Origin: an uncultured Spirochaetota bacterium | GTDB lineage: Bacteria > Spirochaetota > UBA4802 > UBA5368 | DNA: 64,000 bases | Assembly (NCBI GenBank): GCA_963762305.1 | Contig: CAVXKM010000002.1 | Location: 367,777-431,776, forward strand | Direction: 5' to 3' | Shown here: positions 29,767 through 39,674 of the stretch, piece after piece | Position numbering within the stretch: position 1 is the first letter of the stretch | Layout: each line of letters starts with the position of its first letter | Translations under genes and position numbers: made by a program | Notes under the pieces: generated by a model | The model's database searches: none | Seen by the model: the letters and a program-made list of their open reading frames with translations, nothing else | Told to the model about the DNA's origin: nothing

Positions 29767-29930
29767 GACCGCTGTTTTTCAGGCGCCGCGTTCCTGCACA
29801 CGAGCGGCTGGCAATGACGCCAGCCGCTTTTCATGTCATCCCGCATCGTTCGTACGCCTGTTGCGCTTGAGGAGGGGTGCACGGAACCACCCTCCACGAG
29901 AGGATTTATCACTTATCCGCGATTTAATTG

Positions 29931-31283
29931 TTACCCGATCACCGGCTCCCGTTTGCTTCTCCAGACCTTCATCCCTTCGGCCTCCCTGACGAGATCGTCC
30001 CTGAAGTCGGGATGGGCGATCTCTATGAGGGCCTCCGCGCGCTGCCACGTGTTCTTTCCCTTGAGCTGCGCCGTCCCGTGCTCGGTGACCACGTAGTGCA
30101 CCAGGGACCTGGGGACCGTGACGATGGAGCCCGGTGTCAGCGACGGCCGTATCCGGGACTGTGTCTTCCCCTTGCGGTCGGTGTATGTCGAACTGAGGCA
30201 TATGAAGCCCTTGCCCCCTTTCGAACGAAAGGCGCCGAGTATGAAATCCAGCTGCCCTCCCGTTCCGGACTTGTGAGCGAACCCGACCGACTCGGAGCTC
30301 ACCTGCCCGAAGATGTCGACCTCTATGGCGTTGTTCACCGCGATCATTTTGTCGTTGAGGGGAACAATTCTCGGGTCGTTTATGTAGTTCACGGGGTAGG
30401 AGGCGCACATGGGGTTGTTGTGCAGAAAGTCGTACAGTTTTTTCGTCCCCATGGCGAAGGTGTAGCTCATCTTATAGGTGTCGATGTTCTTCCTGGCACC
30501 GGTGACCTTCCCGGCGTTGTAGAGGTCCACGAAGGAGTCGACGAGCATCTCGGTGTGGACGCCCAGTTCCTTCAAATCGCTGCGGGCGATCAGGGACCCG
30601 ATCACGTTTGGAAGACCGCCTATGCCGAGCTGCAGGCAGCACCCGTCCTCGATCTCTTTCATTATGCGCATGGCTATCATGTGGTCCGTTTCTCCCGGCG
30701 GGGCCTGCTTGATCTCAGCCAGGGGCGCATCGCTTCCCTCGACGACGTGGTCTACCCGCGAGATGTGTATGGATTCCTGATTTCCGCCCAGGCACGTGGG
30801 CACGTTTCGGTTCACCTCCACGACGACCTTCCTTGCCTTGGAGAGGACGGCCGGGGTCACCGAATTGGCCATCCCGTAATTGAAGAACCCCCTGGGGTCC
30901 ATCGGCCCGGTCACCAGGAAAAACACGTCCACGTCGACGTATTTCTTGATGATCCTGGGCGATTGGTGATAGGTGATCGGTATATAGTTGCAGAGGTTAT
31001 TGTCGTGCAGACGCCGTGAGACATTCCCGAAATGGTAATCTCCCAGCGCGAAATGCTCCCGGGACGGGTCGGCCTTTACGACTTCAGGGACCCGTGTGAA
31101 GCACACGCTGCGCACCTCGACGTCCCGCAGTTCCCCCGCCCTCTTCGCGAGGGCCGCGTCAAGGGCCTCCGGGAAAAGGACGAACTCGCTGTAATGGACT
31201 AGGTCCCCGGATTTCACCAGCGATGCGCCCTGTTCCGGCGTAATGAGCTTCTGCCTGTACTGCCAGTTCTCGATGTCTCCCAT
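29931..31283 (-). CDS. acetyl-CoA hydrolase/transferase family protein (4-hydroxybutyrate/butyryl-CoA:acetate CoA-transferase-like)
   Basis: 450 aa. AcetylCoA_hydro N- and C-domains, for example GIGGLPNVIGSL and the catalytic Glu region ...VTEHGTAQLKG. Confidence 0.85.
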   Translation of the reverse strand: MGDIENWQYRQKLITPEQGASLVKSGDLVHYSEFVLFPEALDAALAKRAGELRDVEVRSVCFTRVPEVVKADPSREHFALGDYHFGNVSRRLHDNNLCNYIPITYHQSPRIIKKYVDVDVFFLVTGPMDPRGFFNYGMANSVTPAVLSKARKVVVEVNRNVPTCLGGNQESIHISRVDHVVEGSDAPLAEIKQAPPGETDHMIAMRIMKEIEDGCCLQLGIGGLPNVIGSLIARSDLKELGVHTEMLVDSFVDLYNAGKVTGARKNIDTYKMSYTFAMGTKKLYDFLHNNPMCASYPVNYINDPRIVPLNDKMIAVNNAIEVDIFGQVSSESVGFAHKSGTGGQLDFILGAFRSKGGKGFICLSSTYTDRKGKTQSRIRPSLTPGSIVTVPRSLVHYVVTEHGTAQLKGKNTWQRAEALIEIAHPDFRDDLVREAEGMKVWRSKREPVIG

Positions 31284-31725
31284 GCGTCACTCCTCCGGGC
31301 AATCCGCCGCGGCCGCTCTGGTTTCCAGGCGGCCCAGCCTGCGAACCGTGTGTGCCGTTTGCGGCTATTGCCGGTCGTCATGAATATTTAACATTTCATA
31401 GTCATAATTATCTTATCACGACAAACGCAGCCCGCAAATTATTTTAACGATGTCGAGGTGCCCGGTTATGTGTCCAGTCAGGCTGGGTCAGGGGAACCAC
31501 GCCTCGTCTCACCGGCCGATCGCGGCACTGAAAGCCGACATAAAATATTTATTGACATATTCGCTTTTTGTTCGAAAGTAGATGACACTGCCGGTCAGAT
31601 TGTTTTCTTTGAAATACTCCATATTATCTCGCCTTTGGGGAACGAATAATCTACGAAACAGAGGGTGTTTTCAGAGCAGCGTCTGCACGGACACGCGTTA
31701 AATTTCCAGGTTCGAGGTGTTTGAT

Positions 31726-31926
31726 ATGCCGAAGGGTGTAATCAAGTGGTTCAACGAGAAAAAGGGATATGGTTTCATCACCAACGAAGACGGCACTGAA
31801 GTTTTCGTCCATTACACGGGCATTGAAGGAGAAGGTTTCCGGACCGTCACCGAAGGGGCCCGTGTCGAATTTGAAATTGAAAAAGGGGACAAGGGCCCCC
31901 GCGCGGTATCCGTGAAGATCATCTAG
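31726..31926 (+). CDS. cspA: cold-shock protein CspA family
   Basis: [18 protein letters not shown]...VFVHY contains the RNP1 and RNP2 motifs. A long AT-rich 5' leader sits upstream. Confidence 0.9.
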   Translation: MPKGVIKWFNEKKGYGFITNEDGTEVFVHYTGIEGEGFRTVTEGARVEFEIEKGDKGPRAVSVKII

Positions 31927-31952
31927 CAGGACGGACCGTTACTAGAAGTTAT

Positions 31953-31980
31953 AAGGGCGCTTCCGGCGCCCTTTTTTATT
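31953..31980. terminator. rho-independent terminator hairpin (bidirectional, between the convergent csp and 32028-32426 genes)
   Basis: GGGCGC-TTCC-GGCGCCC followed by TTTTTTATT. Confidence 0.6.
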
Positions 31981-32027
31981 GGGCGCAGGATACCTTTGCG
32001 GGAGGGAAGAAGCGCCTGCCCGCCCCT

Positions 32028-32426
32028 CTAAAAGAGAGACTGAATGAATCCTCTTTTTTCCAGCGAGAGCAGGCAGCTTTCGACATCCATTTCGGGAAAC
32101 TCGCGGTACACATCCGCTGCCGCCGGGAGGAGTCCGGTATAATAGATGCGCATTGCGAGAAACCTCAAAACGAGCTCCTCCCCGTCTTCCAGCCCGGCGT
32201 TTTTCCAGTCGATTTTCCCGGCTATCCGGTACCTCCGCGCCATCCTGGAGGTTTCCTGCACCTGGTCCATGGAAAGGGATGTCCCCTCCTGTTCGGTGAG
32301 GCACGCGGCGCATATCCGTCCGTATTTCCGGTAGGACGGCCGAGCCGTGAAGTTTCCACCGGATGACGTATAAATCTTCTTCCCGCATCTCCGGCAGGTC
32401 GTTTTCACCAGGTTTTTTCGGTCCAT
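32028..32426 (-). CDS. hypothetical protein with N-terminal zinc-ribbon
   Basis: CRRCGKK...CAAC four-Cys ribbon. 132 aa. No recognised family. Confidence 0.4.
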   Translation of the reverse strand: MDRKNLVKTTCRRCGKKIYTSSGGNFTARPSYRKYGRICAACLTEQEGTSLSMDQVQETSRMARRYRIAGKIDWKNAGLEDGEELVLRFLAMRIYYTGLLPAAADVYREFPEMDVESCLLSLEKRGFIQSLF

Positions 32427-32640
32427 TAAAGAGAGAGTCTCCGCGGGTGGAAAAGTTCAAAAACCTGTGTCTCCCGGTGCATCAAGAAAGACCGGCGCCG
32501 GAATTCGAACATGAAATGCCCGGCCGGAAACCGGTTCCCGTCGTTTTCTCAACTCCTTCATGTTTTGAGCTTGTGTTCCCGAAAAGGGATCACCCTGATG
32601 TAATGTACCAGGCATCGCCGGGAAGACAACTTATTTATAA

Positions 32641-33372
32641 GTGCTGATTCGTCCCGCAGATTTCGCCGGGGATAGCGCGCATCCCCGGAAACCGGCGAAA
32701 CGATTCGTGGAGGGCTCTCCATTCCCCGTGACAGGTGGCTTCAACATATCCCGATACGTCCCATCGGAAGATGACCGGAAAATCGAAAATCCATACCTCT
32801 TCGAGGTTCTCGGGCTTGTGAAGGAGATCACGGCCCGCGGAAGCCATTCCCCCGAAGAAGAGCTCTACGCCCACCGCGGCGGACTCGTGTCCAAATACGC
32901 TTTCTCCATCCCGACCATGGACATTCTTGGTGTCGTGGCCCGCCGCTCGCCGATTGTGGAGATCGGCGCCGGCAGCGGTTACTGGGCTATGTGCCTGAAC
33001 CAGCTTGGAGCCGACGTCATCGCCTATGACAGGCATCCACCCGAGGAGGGGACCCCGTGGTGGGAACCGTCAAATCCATGGTTCGAGCGCGAGTGGTTCC
33101 AGGTCCGTGAAGGGGACGAGAAGTGCGCCCGGCATCACCCGGACAGGAGCCTGCTGCTCTGCTGGCCTCCCCCCGGCGACCCGATGGCGGCGGCAGCCCT
33201 GTCCATGTACCGTGAGGCCGGAGGGCACACGCTGATATTTATCGGCGACCGTGGATCTTCCGGAGACCGGGAGTTCCATTCGTTACTGGGGATGCTGTCT
33301 CAATTAGTGAATCGCCGCCTGTGGGGATGGTGGGGCGTGGAGGACTTCCTCGAGATTTACGCCGTCAGGTGA
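32641..33372 (+). CDS. hypothetical protein with class-I SAM-methyltransferase-like Rossmann motif
   Basis: IVEIGAGSGYWAMCLNQLGADVIAYD is a motif I-like sequence. 243 aa. Confidence 0.4.
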   Translation: MLIRPADFAGDSAHPRKPAKRFVEGSPFPVTGGFNISRYVPSEDDRKIENPYLFEVLGLVKEITARGSHSPEEELYAHRGGLVSKYAFSIPTMDILGVVARRSPIVEIGAGSGYWAMCLNQLGADVIAYDRHPPEEGTPWWEPSNPWFEREWFQVREGDEKCARHHPDRSLLLCWPPPGDPMAAAALSMYREAGGHTLIFIGDRGSSGDREFHSLLGMLSQLVNRRLWGWWGVEDFLEIYAVR

Positions 33373-33727
33373 TGTAAAAAGGACCCTTCCGGATGAAGCT
33401 GAGAAGTTCGCCGCCGACGCCCGAGCCCTCCAGGGCGCGATAAAGGCCGTACGAATCGGGTTCGGGCACCACCTGGTGCTCCCGGTCGACGTAATTGCCG
33501 TCCCATCGCAGTCTCATCATGTGTATGCCCAGCATCATGAGGAGGTTCCACCCGTAATCGGACCGGTCGTCCCATTGCCTTTCAATCTCGTTATCGAAAT
33601 CTATCCGCGTCCCTTCGGGCTCCCAGCCGTTCTCCTTCGCCAGGCGCAGGGCCTCCTCCCAGGATCTTTCATCACATTCGCAGCGCTCCCCCGTCACCGA
33701 GTTGATGAGAGTATACATCTCGAGCAC
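33365..33727 (-). CDS. hypothetical small acidic protein
   Basis: 120-aa ORF with consistent codon usage. No recognised domain. Confidence 0.3.
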   Translation of the reverse strand: MLEMYTLINSVTGERCECDERSWEEALRLAKENGWEPEGTRIDFDNEIERQWDDRSDYGWNLLMMLGIHMMRLRWDGNYVDREHQVVPEPDSYGLYRALEGSGVGGELLSFIRKGPFYIT

Positions 33728-33767
33728 CCTCCCCCGAGGGTTTCCGCGACCGCGCCCGCCGGGAGTC

Positions 33768-34490
33768 CTATTCGGGCACCATCAAAAAGAGCGAATCGAT
33801 GAATACACGGTCTTCTTCGTCTATGACCTGTATTATCCGCTTGTGGATCCTTTTCTTCATCTCGCCGAAGATGCCCCGCTTTTTCTTAAAAGATTTCGCG
33901 AAGGCCACGGCCTCTTTCATGAGCTCCTCCTGGTCGGCGCAGGCCTTCTCGATGACATGGTGGGATTCCAGCTCGGCGGCAGTGACCCTGCGGCCAGTGA
34001 AGGCCATTTCCTGGAATTTGTAATAGGGGAAGGCCTTCTTCACGAACTCGATCATGCCCGGCAGGAAGGGGATGCCCAGGTCGATCTCGGGGAAGCAGAA
34101 AAAGCCGCGGTCGGACTTCATGAACCTGAAATCGCAGGCGCAGGAGATGATCGCGCCGTTCCCGTATGCGTGGCCGTTGATTGCGGCGATGACGGGGACG
34201 GGGAACAGGAGGAGCGCCTTGAAGACCTCGTTCATCTTGTGCATCCATTCCTTTATGGAATCGGAATCCTTTTCGTTCATTCTCCCCATGAGCCACTGGA
34301 CGTCCACTCCCTGGCTGAAGTTCTTGGCGTCCCCGGACGTGAGGACGACCGCCGTGACGGACGTGTCTTTTTTGACCTGGTCGAGCACCTCCAGCATCCT
34401 GTTCGCGAAGTCCAGGTTGTGCCTGTTCTCCCCGTTGTTCATCGATATGACGGCGACTGTGTCGTCCCTTCTCAAATCTATGATGGACAT
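33768..34490 (-). CDS. enoyl-CoA hydratase/isomerase (crotonase) family protein
   Basis: AVVLTSGDAKNFSQGVD...AAINGHAYGNGAIISCACDFRF shows the crotonase oxyanion-hole motifs. Confidence 0.8.
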   Translation of the reverse strand: MSIIDLRRDDTVAVISMNNGENRHNLDFANRMLEVLDQVKKDTSVTAVVLTSGDAKNFSQGVDVQWLMGRMNEKDSDSIKEWMHKMNEVFKALLLFPVPVIAAINGHAYGNGAIISCACDFRFMKSDRGFFCFPEIDLGIPFLPGMIEFVKKAFPYYKFQEMAFTGRRVTAAELESHHVIEKACADQEELMKEAVAFAKSFKKKRGIFGEMKKRIHKRIIQVIDEEDRVFIDSLFLMVPE

Positions 34491-34790
34491 GAACGCCTCC
34501 TCGTCGTTTTTGACCTTTTGGCCGCATCTTATTTTCGGGAGTCAAAAAAACAACACCTTTTCGCCTTTCCCCGGGGAAGCCGCACGGCCGGACCCCGCCC
34601 GTTCAACCCGGGGAGAGGTCATAGGGGCGCCTCCTTCAACCAGGGCGCATTACATCTGAAAAACCTGCTTTCTCGACCCGGCGTGAACATTGTCTTTACA
34701 AATTCTGAATAATTTCCAAATTTCTCTTGAACTATTTATTCCATCCTCAATAGTTTTGCAGTCAATAATTCTAAAATCGGGAGGTTCTTC

Positions 34791-36085
34791 ATGCGACGCG
34801 CGACAGGATTTCTGCTCACAATTTTCCTGCTTTTACCGGCTGCGCTTCCACTGGCGGCCCAGGAGGTCCCAACACCGTCGGTCGCCAAGCTCACCTACAG
34901 CGACACCAAGTGGATCGACCTGCACTTTCTGCTCCAGGCGCAAGCCGCCAGCTCCTACACCTTCGACACGAAGGAAGGCGGCGAGGACAGCTACGGCGAC
35001 GGCGTGTGGACGAACGACTACTCGCTCCGCCGCGCCCGCATCGTTCTGAACGGCCAGGCGGCGCCCAACCTTACCTTCTTCGTTGATACCGACGTATTCA
35101 GCGCGAGTACCAGCAAATCGATCGATGACAATCCAATATCTAGGGGTGATACCGCCTACATCGGGCCCTTCCCCGAGCGCAAGAACAGCATCTATTTACA
35201 GGACGCGCACATCTCCTACAAGGTGGCCGACGAGCTCATGATCGACTTCGGTAAGATACTGCCGCCCTTCATGCACCACGAGCGGCAGTCGGCGGCGACC
35301 CTCATGGGCGTGGACTACGCGGCCAAGTTCGTCAACATGGCGATGGCGAACAACTCGGTGGACTTCTGGCGCGACTACGGCCTTGAGTTGCGCGGTTTTG
35401 TGGCCAATACGCCCCTGGGCGGGAAGAAGGGCTTCTTCGATTACCGCATGGGCGTATTCGAGGGTAACGGCCGGGTCGACAAAAATACTGACCCGGACGT
35501 TTCGGAATACCAGAACAAGAACGACTATCCGCGCCTCACCGGCCGCGTGCAGATAAACCTTTTCGACGTGGAAGACGGCTTCTTTTACGCCGGGACCTAC
35601 CTGGGGAAAAAGAAATGGTGTCCTTCGGCGGCGGCCTGGACTACCAGCCTGACGTGTACTTAAACAACAACGGCAACTACGCCCGGGACTACCAGGCGTG
35701 GACGGCTGACTTCATCATCGATTACCCGCTGAGCGAGGGAACGGTGTTCACCCTGCAGGGCGGTTATGTGAACGTGAAGAACTCGCCTTCGCTCGTCGGG
35801 ACCGCCCCCGCGCCAACGTTCAGGCGCGGCTCCTCCTATTTCGCCGAGACGGGCCTCCTCCTGTTCGGGACGGTGCAGCCGGTTCTGAAGTATTTCGCGA
35901 CAAAAAAGAACGCTTATGAGGGGGAATCCGAGGACAACGAGTCCTATGCCGTCTTCGGCCTCAATTTCTGGATAAACGGCCACAACGCCAACCTCAAGTT
36001 TGACTACCAGGACCCGCTGGGAGACGAGCATCGGCACCTGTCCGGGGAGAGTAAGTTCACCCTCCAGGGCCAGCTCTACATCTGA
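34791..36085 (+). pseudogene. outer-membrane porin (OprO/OprP phosphate-selective-porin-like) interrupted by a frameshift in an A-run
   Basis: Signal peptide (LLLPAALPLAAQE) and beta-barrel pattern through ...FYAGTYLGKKK. The remainder (MVSFGGGLDYQ...QGQLYI) is in the adjacent frame. Junction at gaaaaagaaa, ~35612-35622. Confidence 0.55.
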
Positions 36086-36114
36086 TCTCATCCCATGGTC
36101 CAGCCGAAAAAACA

Positions 36115-36142
36115 AAGGCCCCAAAAGGGGCCTTTGTTATTC
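36115..36142. terminator. rho-independent terminator (bidirectional)
   Basis: AAAGGCCCC-AAAA-GGGGCCTTT followed by GTTATT. Lies between the porin (+) and the TPM gene (-). Confidence 0.65.
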
Positions 36143-36197
36143 GCTCCCGCCGGCAGTCTGCCAACTCCGGCGACGACCTGAATGTGGACCTTTATCT

Positions 36198-36905
36198 TTA
36201 CAGCAACACCCCGTCGGCCAGCTCGTTGGTGTCGTCCGCCTTTCTCGGGAAGTGCCGCGCCAGCTCCTCACCGCAGCGCGCGATGACCTCGCACAGGGCC
36301 GCGCAGTGGTCCTTTACCTTCATGCCCCGTGTAAGCTCCGCGGCCCGGGCGTTCCAGAAATCCTGCGATATCTTTTCGTTTATCCCGCGGTCGCCGAGTA
36401 TCCACACGGTGCGCTCCAGGATGGAAATGAATATGAGAATGCCCGTTTCGTCCCTGGTCCTGTAAAGGCCCTTTTCAAAGAACGCCCGGACCGCCCGCTC
36501 CCGGACCTCCTCCTGTAATCGCCGCGCCGGCATGAAGAGTATTTTCAACCCGGACACCCTGTCGAGCAGGTACTTGAACGGGAAGTACAGCAGTAGGACC
36601 AGCGGTATATATATCCAGACCGTAACCGTGTGCGCAACGACGGAAAGGGCACCGGAGAGAACGCCGGACCTGTCCATCCATATGTCATCGTAATGTATGC
36701 CGGTCTCCAGCAGCATGGCCGCCAAAAGCGCGAAGAAGCCGGCGAACACCACTGCGCCGATGGCCGCCGCCTCCCGGTACGAATCGCTCTCGTCGACGAC
36801 CATGACGGCGACCTCGCCGGACGTGTTGCGTTCCACCGTCTTTACGGCATTTTCGATCCGCTTCTGTTCTTCCGTGTCAAACAGCTGTGCCGCCTTCATG
36901 CCCAT
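36198..36905 (-). CDS. TPM-domain protein (TLP18.3/Psb32/MOLO-1 family)
   Basis: TPM fold N-terminus (IENAVKTVERNTSGEVAVMVVD) followed by 3 TM helices. Third gene of the lemA-TPM-TPM arrangement. Confidence 0.7.
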   Translation of the reverse strand: MGMKAAQLFDTEEQKRIENAVKTVERNTSGEVAVMVVDESDSYREAAAIGAVVFAGFFALLAAMLLETGIHYDDIWMDRSGVLSGALSVVAHTVTVWIYIPLVLLLYFPFKYLLDRVSGLKILFMPARRLQEEVRERAVRAFFEKGLYRTRDETGILIFISILERTVWILGDRGINEKISQDFWNARAAELTRGMKVKDHCAALCEVIARCGEELARHFPRKADDTNELADGVLL

Positions 36906-36917
36906 TGCCTTCTCCCT

Positions 36918-37805
36918 TTACCAGCTTCCCGACGAACCGCCGCCGCCGAAGCTGCCTCCTCCGCCGGAAAAGCCGCCGCCGCTCGAGAAACCGCCGCTTG
37001 AAAACGAGCCCCGTGAGAACCCTCCGCCGCTGAACGCTCCGCCCCTGCCTCCTCCCCGGCCGAACATGTAGCTGAGCAGCAGGCCTGCGCCGAAGCCGAC
37101 CGCGCCTAAAATCCCCATGGTCGCCAAGCCGAGCCCGCCGAACGATATCGCGGAGGCGATGGGAAGGCCGATGCTGCCCGCCAGGCCGCCCAGTAACTTT
37201 TTGATGCCCCCCAGCATCACCACCGCGAAGAAGAGAAACACGAGGAGCGTGGGGAACTGCTTCGATGCGTCTCCCCCGCCCTCGTCTTCCCTGTCTGCGG
37301 CGGCGTACTCTCCCCTCACCAGGGAAACCATCGCCGCGACCCCGGCCTCGATCCCGCCGTCGAAATCACCCTCCTTGAACCGGGGTACGATTTCGTTCCG
37401 TATTATCCTGCCGGACATGAGATCGGTGAGCTTTCCCTCCAGCCCCCGGCCCACCTCGATGCGAAGCTTCCGTTCCTGCTTCGCGACGAGGAGGATTGCG
37501 CCGTTATCAACCTTCTTCTGCCCTATCTTCCAGGCTTCGGCGACCTTTATCGAGTATTCCTCGAGCACCTCCTCTCCGAGGGTGGGGATCGTGAGCACCA
37601 CTATCTGCGTCGAATCGCTTTTTTCAAAATCGGAGAGGACTCCCTCCATCCTCTGGACGGCGGCCGGCGAGATCATGCCGGCATAATCGTTGACGTAACT
37701 CCGGAGCTGCGGCACTTCCAGCGCCGCGCCCGTGCCGTGAATCAGCAGGAGGAACAAGAAGACATATCTGTACATGTGCCCGGTCCTCTCCAGCGTGGTT
37801 TTCAA
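36918..37805 (-). CDS. TPM-domain protein YgcG-like with Gly/Ser/Phe-rich C-terminal tail
   Basis: Signal peptide, TPM domain ([13 protein letters not shown]...[12 protein letters not shown]), a TM helix and a GGGFSGG low-complexity tail. An alternative start lies at 37775. Confidence 0.7.
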   Translation of the reverse strand: MKTTLERTGHMYRYVFLFLLLIHGTGAALEVPQLRSYVNDYAGMISPAAVQRMEGVLSDFEKSDSTQIVVLTIPTLGEEVLEEYSIKVAEAWKIGQKKVDNGAILLVAKQERKLRIEVGRGLEGKLTDLMSGRIIRNEIVPRFKEGDFDGGIEAGVAAMVSLVRGEYAAADREDEGGGDASKQFPTLLVFLFFAVVMLGGIKKLLGGLAGSIGLPIASAISFGGLGLATMGILGAVGFGAGLLLSYMFGRGGGRGGAFSGGGFSRGSFSSGGFSSGGGFSGGGGSFGGGGSSGSW

Positions 37806-38386
37806 AACGTGACTTTTGGAGCGGTCTTCGCGGCTTCCTCGGCCTTGAAGGGCTCCTTGCGCTCCAGGTGGAGCAGCAGTTTATTCGTGAGGCTGTTGGG
37901 AAATATGCGTATGCTCGTGTTGAACGTCTGAACGGACTGGTTGTACCGCACCCGTGCCACGTTGATCCGGTTTTCCGTGCCCTCTAGCTGGTTTTGAAGG
38001 TCCGAGAAGTTCTGGTTCGCCTTGAGGTCCGGATACCGTTCGATGACCACCATGAGCCGCGAGAGGGCGCTCGAGAGCTCTCCCTGCACCTGCTGGAACC
38101 TGGCGAAATTCTGGGGGTTGGAGAGCGTTTCCTTGGAGACCTGCATGGACCCCACCTTTGCCCGCGCCTCGGTCACCGCCGTGAGCGTCTCCCTCTCGTG
38201 CTTCGCGTACCCCTTCACCACCTCGACAAGGTTCGGGACGAGGTCGGCCCTGCGCTGGTATGCCGCTTCGACGTCTCCCCACGCGGCAAAGACCGCCTCC
38301 TCGTTTGCCTGCATGGTGTTATAGCCGCATCCCGCCATGCAAACCAGGCCAACCGCGGCGATCAAAACAATAAGTGTCCTTTTCAT
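37802..38386 (-). CDS. lemA: LemA family protein
   Basis: Lipobox N-terminus plus LemA core ([30 protein letters not shown]...[12 protein letters not shown]). Confidence 0.85.
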   Translation of the reverse strand: MKRTLIVLIAAVGLVCMAGCGYNTMQANEEAVFAAWGDVEAAYQRRADLVPNLVEVVKGYAKHERETLTAVTEARAKVGSMQVSKETLSNPQNFARFQQVQGELSSALSRLMVVIERYPDLKANQNFSDLQNQLEGTENRINVARVRYNQSVQTFNTSIRIFPNSLTNKLLLHLERKEPFKAEEAAKTAPKVTF

Positions 38387-38747
38387 GCTTCCTCCAGGGT
38401 TTTCGGTTAGACAAATGTTCCGCGACGCTTCCCTGTATAAATGACAAGGGCAAACCAGCGCGCTGTCTCTATGTGACAGTGATACGCGCCATGTGTCAAT
38501 TCCTTTATTGTCATCGGCAGCCTGCCGGGAAAAACGGCATCTGGAGCCTTCCTGGAAGGCCTTTACCGCATACGGGAACCCTGCGAGGGGTGAACGCGTA
38601 AACTGTGCCGGACCCCCCTATTTTCCTTGACTTTTGGCTTCTCATCAATACTGTACATGCAGTGGCTGGTGGCAACAGCGCCATGCTTCCGCCTGGAGGG
38701 GACCGTACACCAGCATATACGCACACATATCACTATACCGGGTAGAG

Positions 38748-39497
38748 ATGAAGATAATAGCCATATCAAACAACAAGGGCGGGGTCGGCAAGACCACGAG
38801 CGCCGTCAATATCGCGGCGGCTCTCCAGATTCTCGACCAGAGGGTGCTTGTCATCGACATGGACCACCAGGCCCAGACCACCTACCACTTCGGCGTCGAT
38901 CCGAAGAAATTGAAACACTCGATCTACGACGTGCTCAAGGGCGACATCGCATACAAGGACATCCTCTATGACCGCAGCGGGCTCCACATACTGCCTTCGA
39001 GCACCGACCTGAAGGGCATCGATTTCCTGCCGATACCGGCCAAGGAGTTCCTGCTCAAGGAGGCCATGTCCTCCCTGGACGGGTACGACTTCGTCCTCAT
39101 AGACTGCCCGCCCTCGCTGGGCGTGCTTACGCTCAACGCCCACACCTTCGCCCACGAGATACTCGTCCCGCTGCAGGTGCAATTCCTGCCGTTCCACGGG
39201 ATGTACCACCTCTTCGAGGCGGTGGAACAGGTGAAGAAGAGGCTGAACAAGCACCTCGAAATCACGGGCATCATCGGGACCATGTACAACGCGAGCAAGT
39301 CGATAAACCGGGAGGTCATCCAGGAGACGAAAAAGCGGCTCCCCGGCAAGCTCTTCAACACGCTCATCAGGGAAAACGTCTCGCTCCAGGAGGCGCCGAG
39401 CTGGGGCCAGACGATTTTCGAGTACAAGCCGGAAAGCCACGGCGCGAACGACTACATGGCCCTCACCCGGGAAATACTGAAGCGGAACGAAGAATAA
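38748..39497 (+). CDS. ParA/MinD-family P-loop ATPase (orphan)
   Basis: Start at MKIIAISNNKGGVGKTT (deviant Walker A); the listed ORF begins upstream at 38634. 250 aa. No parB partner nearby. Confidence 0.8.
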   Translation: MKIIAISNNKGGVGKTTSAVNIAAALQILDQRVLVIDMDHQAQTTYHFGVDPKKLKHSIYDVLKGDIAYKDILYDRSGLHILPSSTDLKGIDFLPIPAKEFLLKEAMSSLDGYDFVLIDCPPSLGVLTLNAHTFAHEILVPLQVQFLPFHGMYHLFEAVEQVKKRLNKHLEITGIIGTMYNASKSINREVIQETKKRLPGKLFNTLIRENVSLQEAPSWGQTIFEYKPESHGANDYMALTREILKRNEE

Positions 39498-39610
39498 GGC
39501 CGAGCGGATTCGCCGGCCCTCTCCGAACAAGACCGTACAACATCAGCCGGCTTCCGCGCTCGGCCTACCCGTTTCCGCTGAACCGATATGGGCAAATAAA
39601 TAAAAAAGAT

Positions 39611-39657
39611 TTGACAGCTGGATAATGAATATCATTCATATTATGAATATAATTCAC
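39611..39657 (+). promoter_or_regulatory. putative promoter (TTGACA at 39611) overlapped by two tandem 15-bp palindromes ATGAAT-N3-ATTCAT
   Basis: ATGAATATCATTCAT at 39625-39639 and ATGAATATAATTCAC at 39643-39657. They lie 20-50 bp upstream of the first gene of the dsrMKJOP operon. Confidence 0.4.
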
Positions 39658-39674
39658 CCAAATCGCCCCATACA

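Noticed and set aside
28617-29870. 417-aa plus-strand ORF
   Set aside because: Alternative frame of the MFS transporter gene. Arg/His-rich translation with no TM pattern.
29928-31019. 363-aa plus-strand ORF
   Set aside because: Antisense to the 450-aa acetyl-CoA hydrolase/transferase gene, which has clear family motifs.
36630-37071. Plus-strand ORFs encoding Pro/Ala-rich repeats
   Set aside because: Antisense of the Gly/Ser/Phe-rich tail of the TPM-domain protein. The repeat is a by-product of the low-complexity coding sequence on the other strand.
39625-39657. Interpreting the ATGAAT-N3-ATTCAT palindromes as Rex operators
   Set aside because: They share the TGAA/TTCA half-sites, but the spacing differs from the canonical TTGTGAA-N4-TTCACAA by one base and the flanking TTG/CAA are absent. 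They are kept as an unassigned motif.
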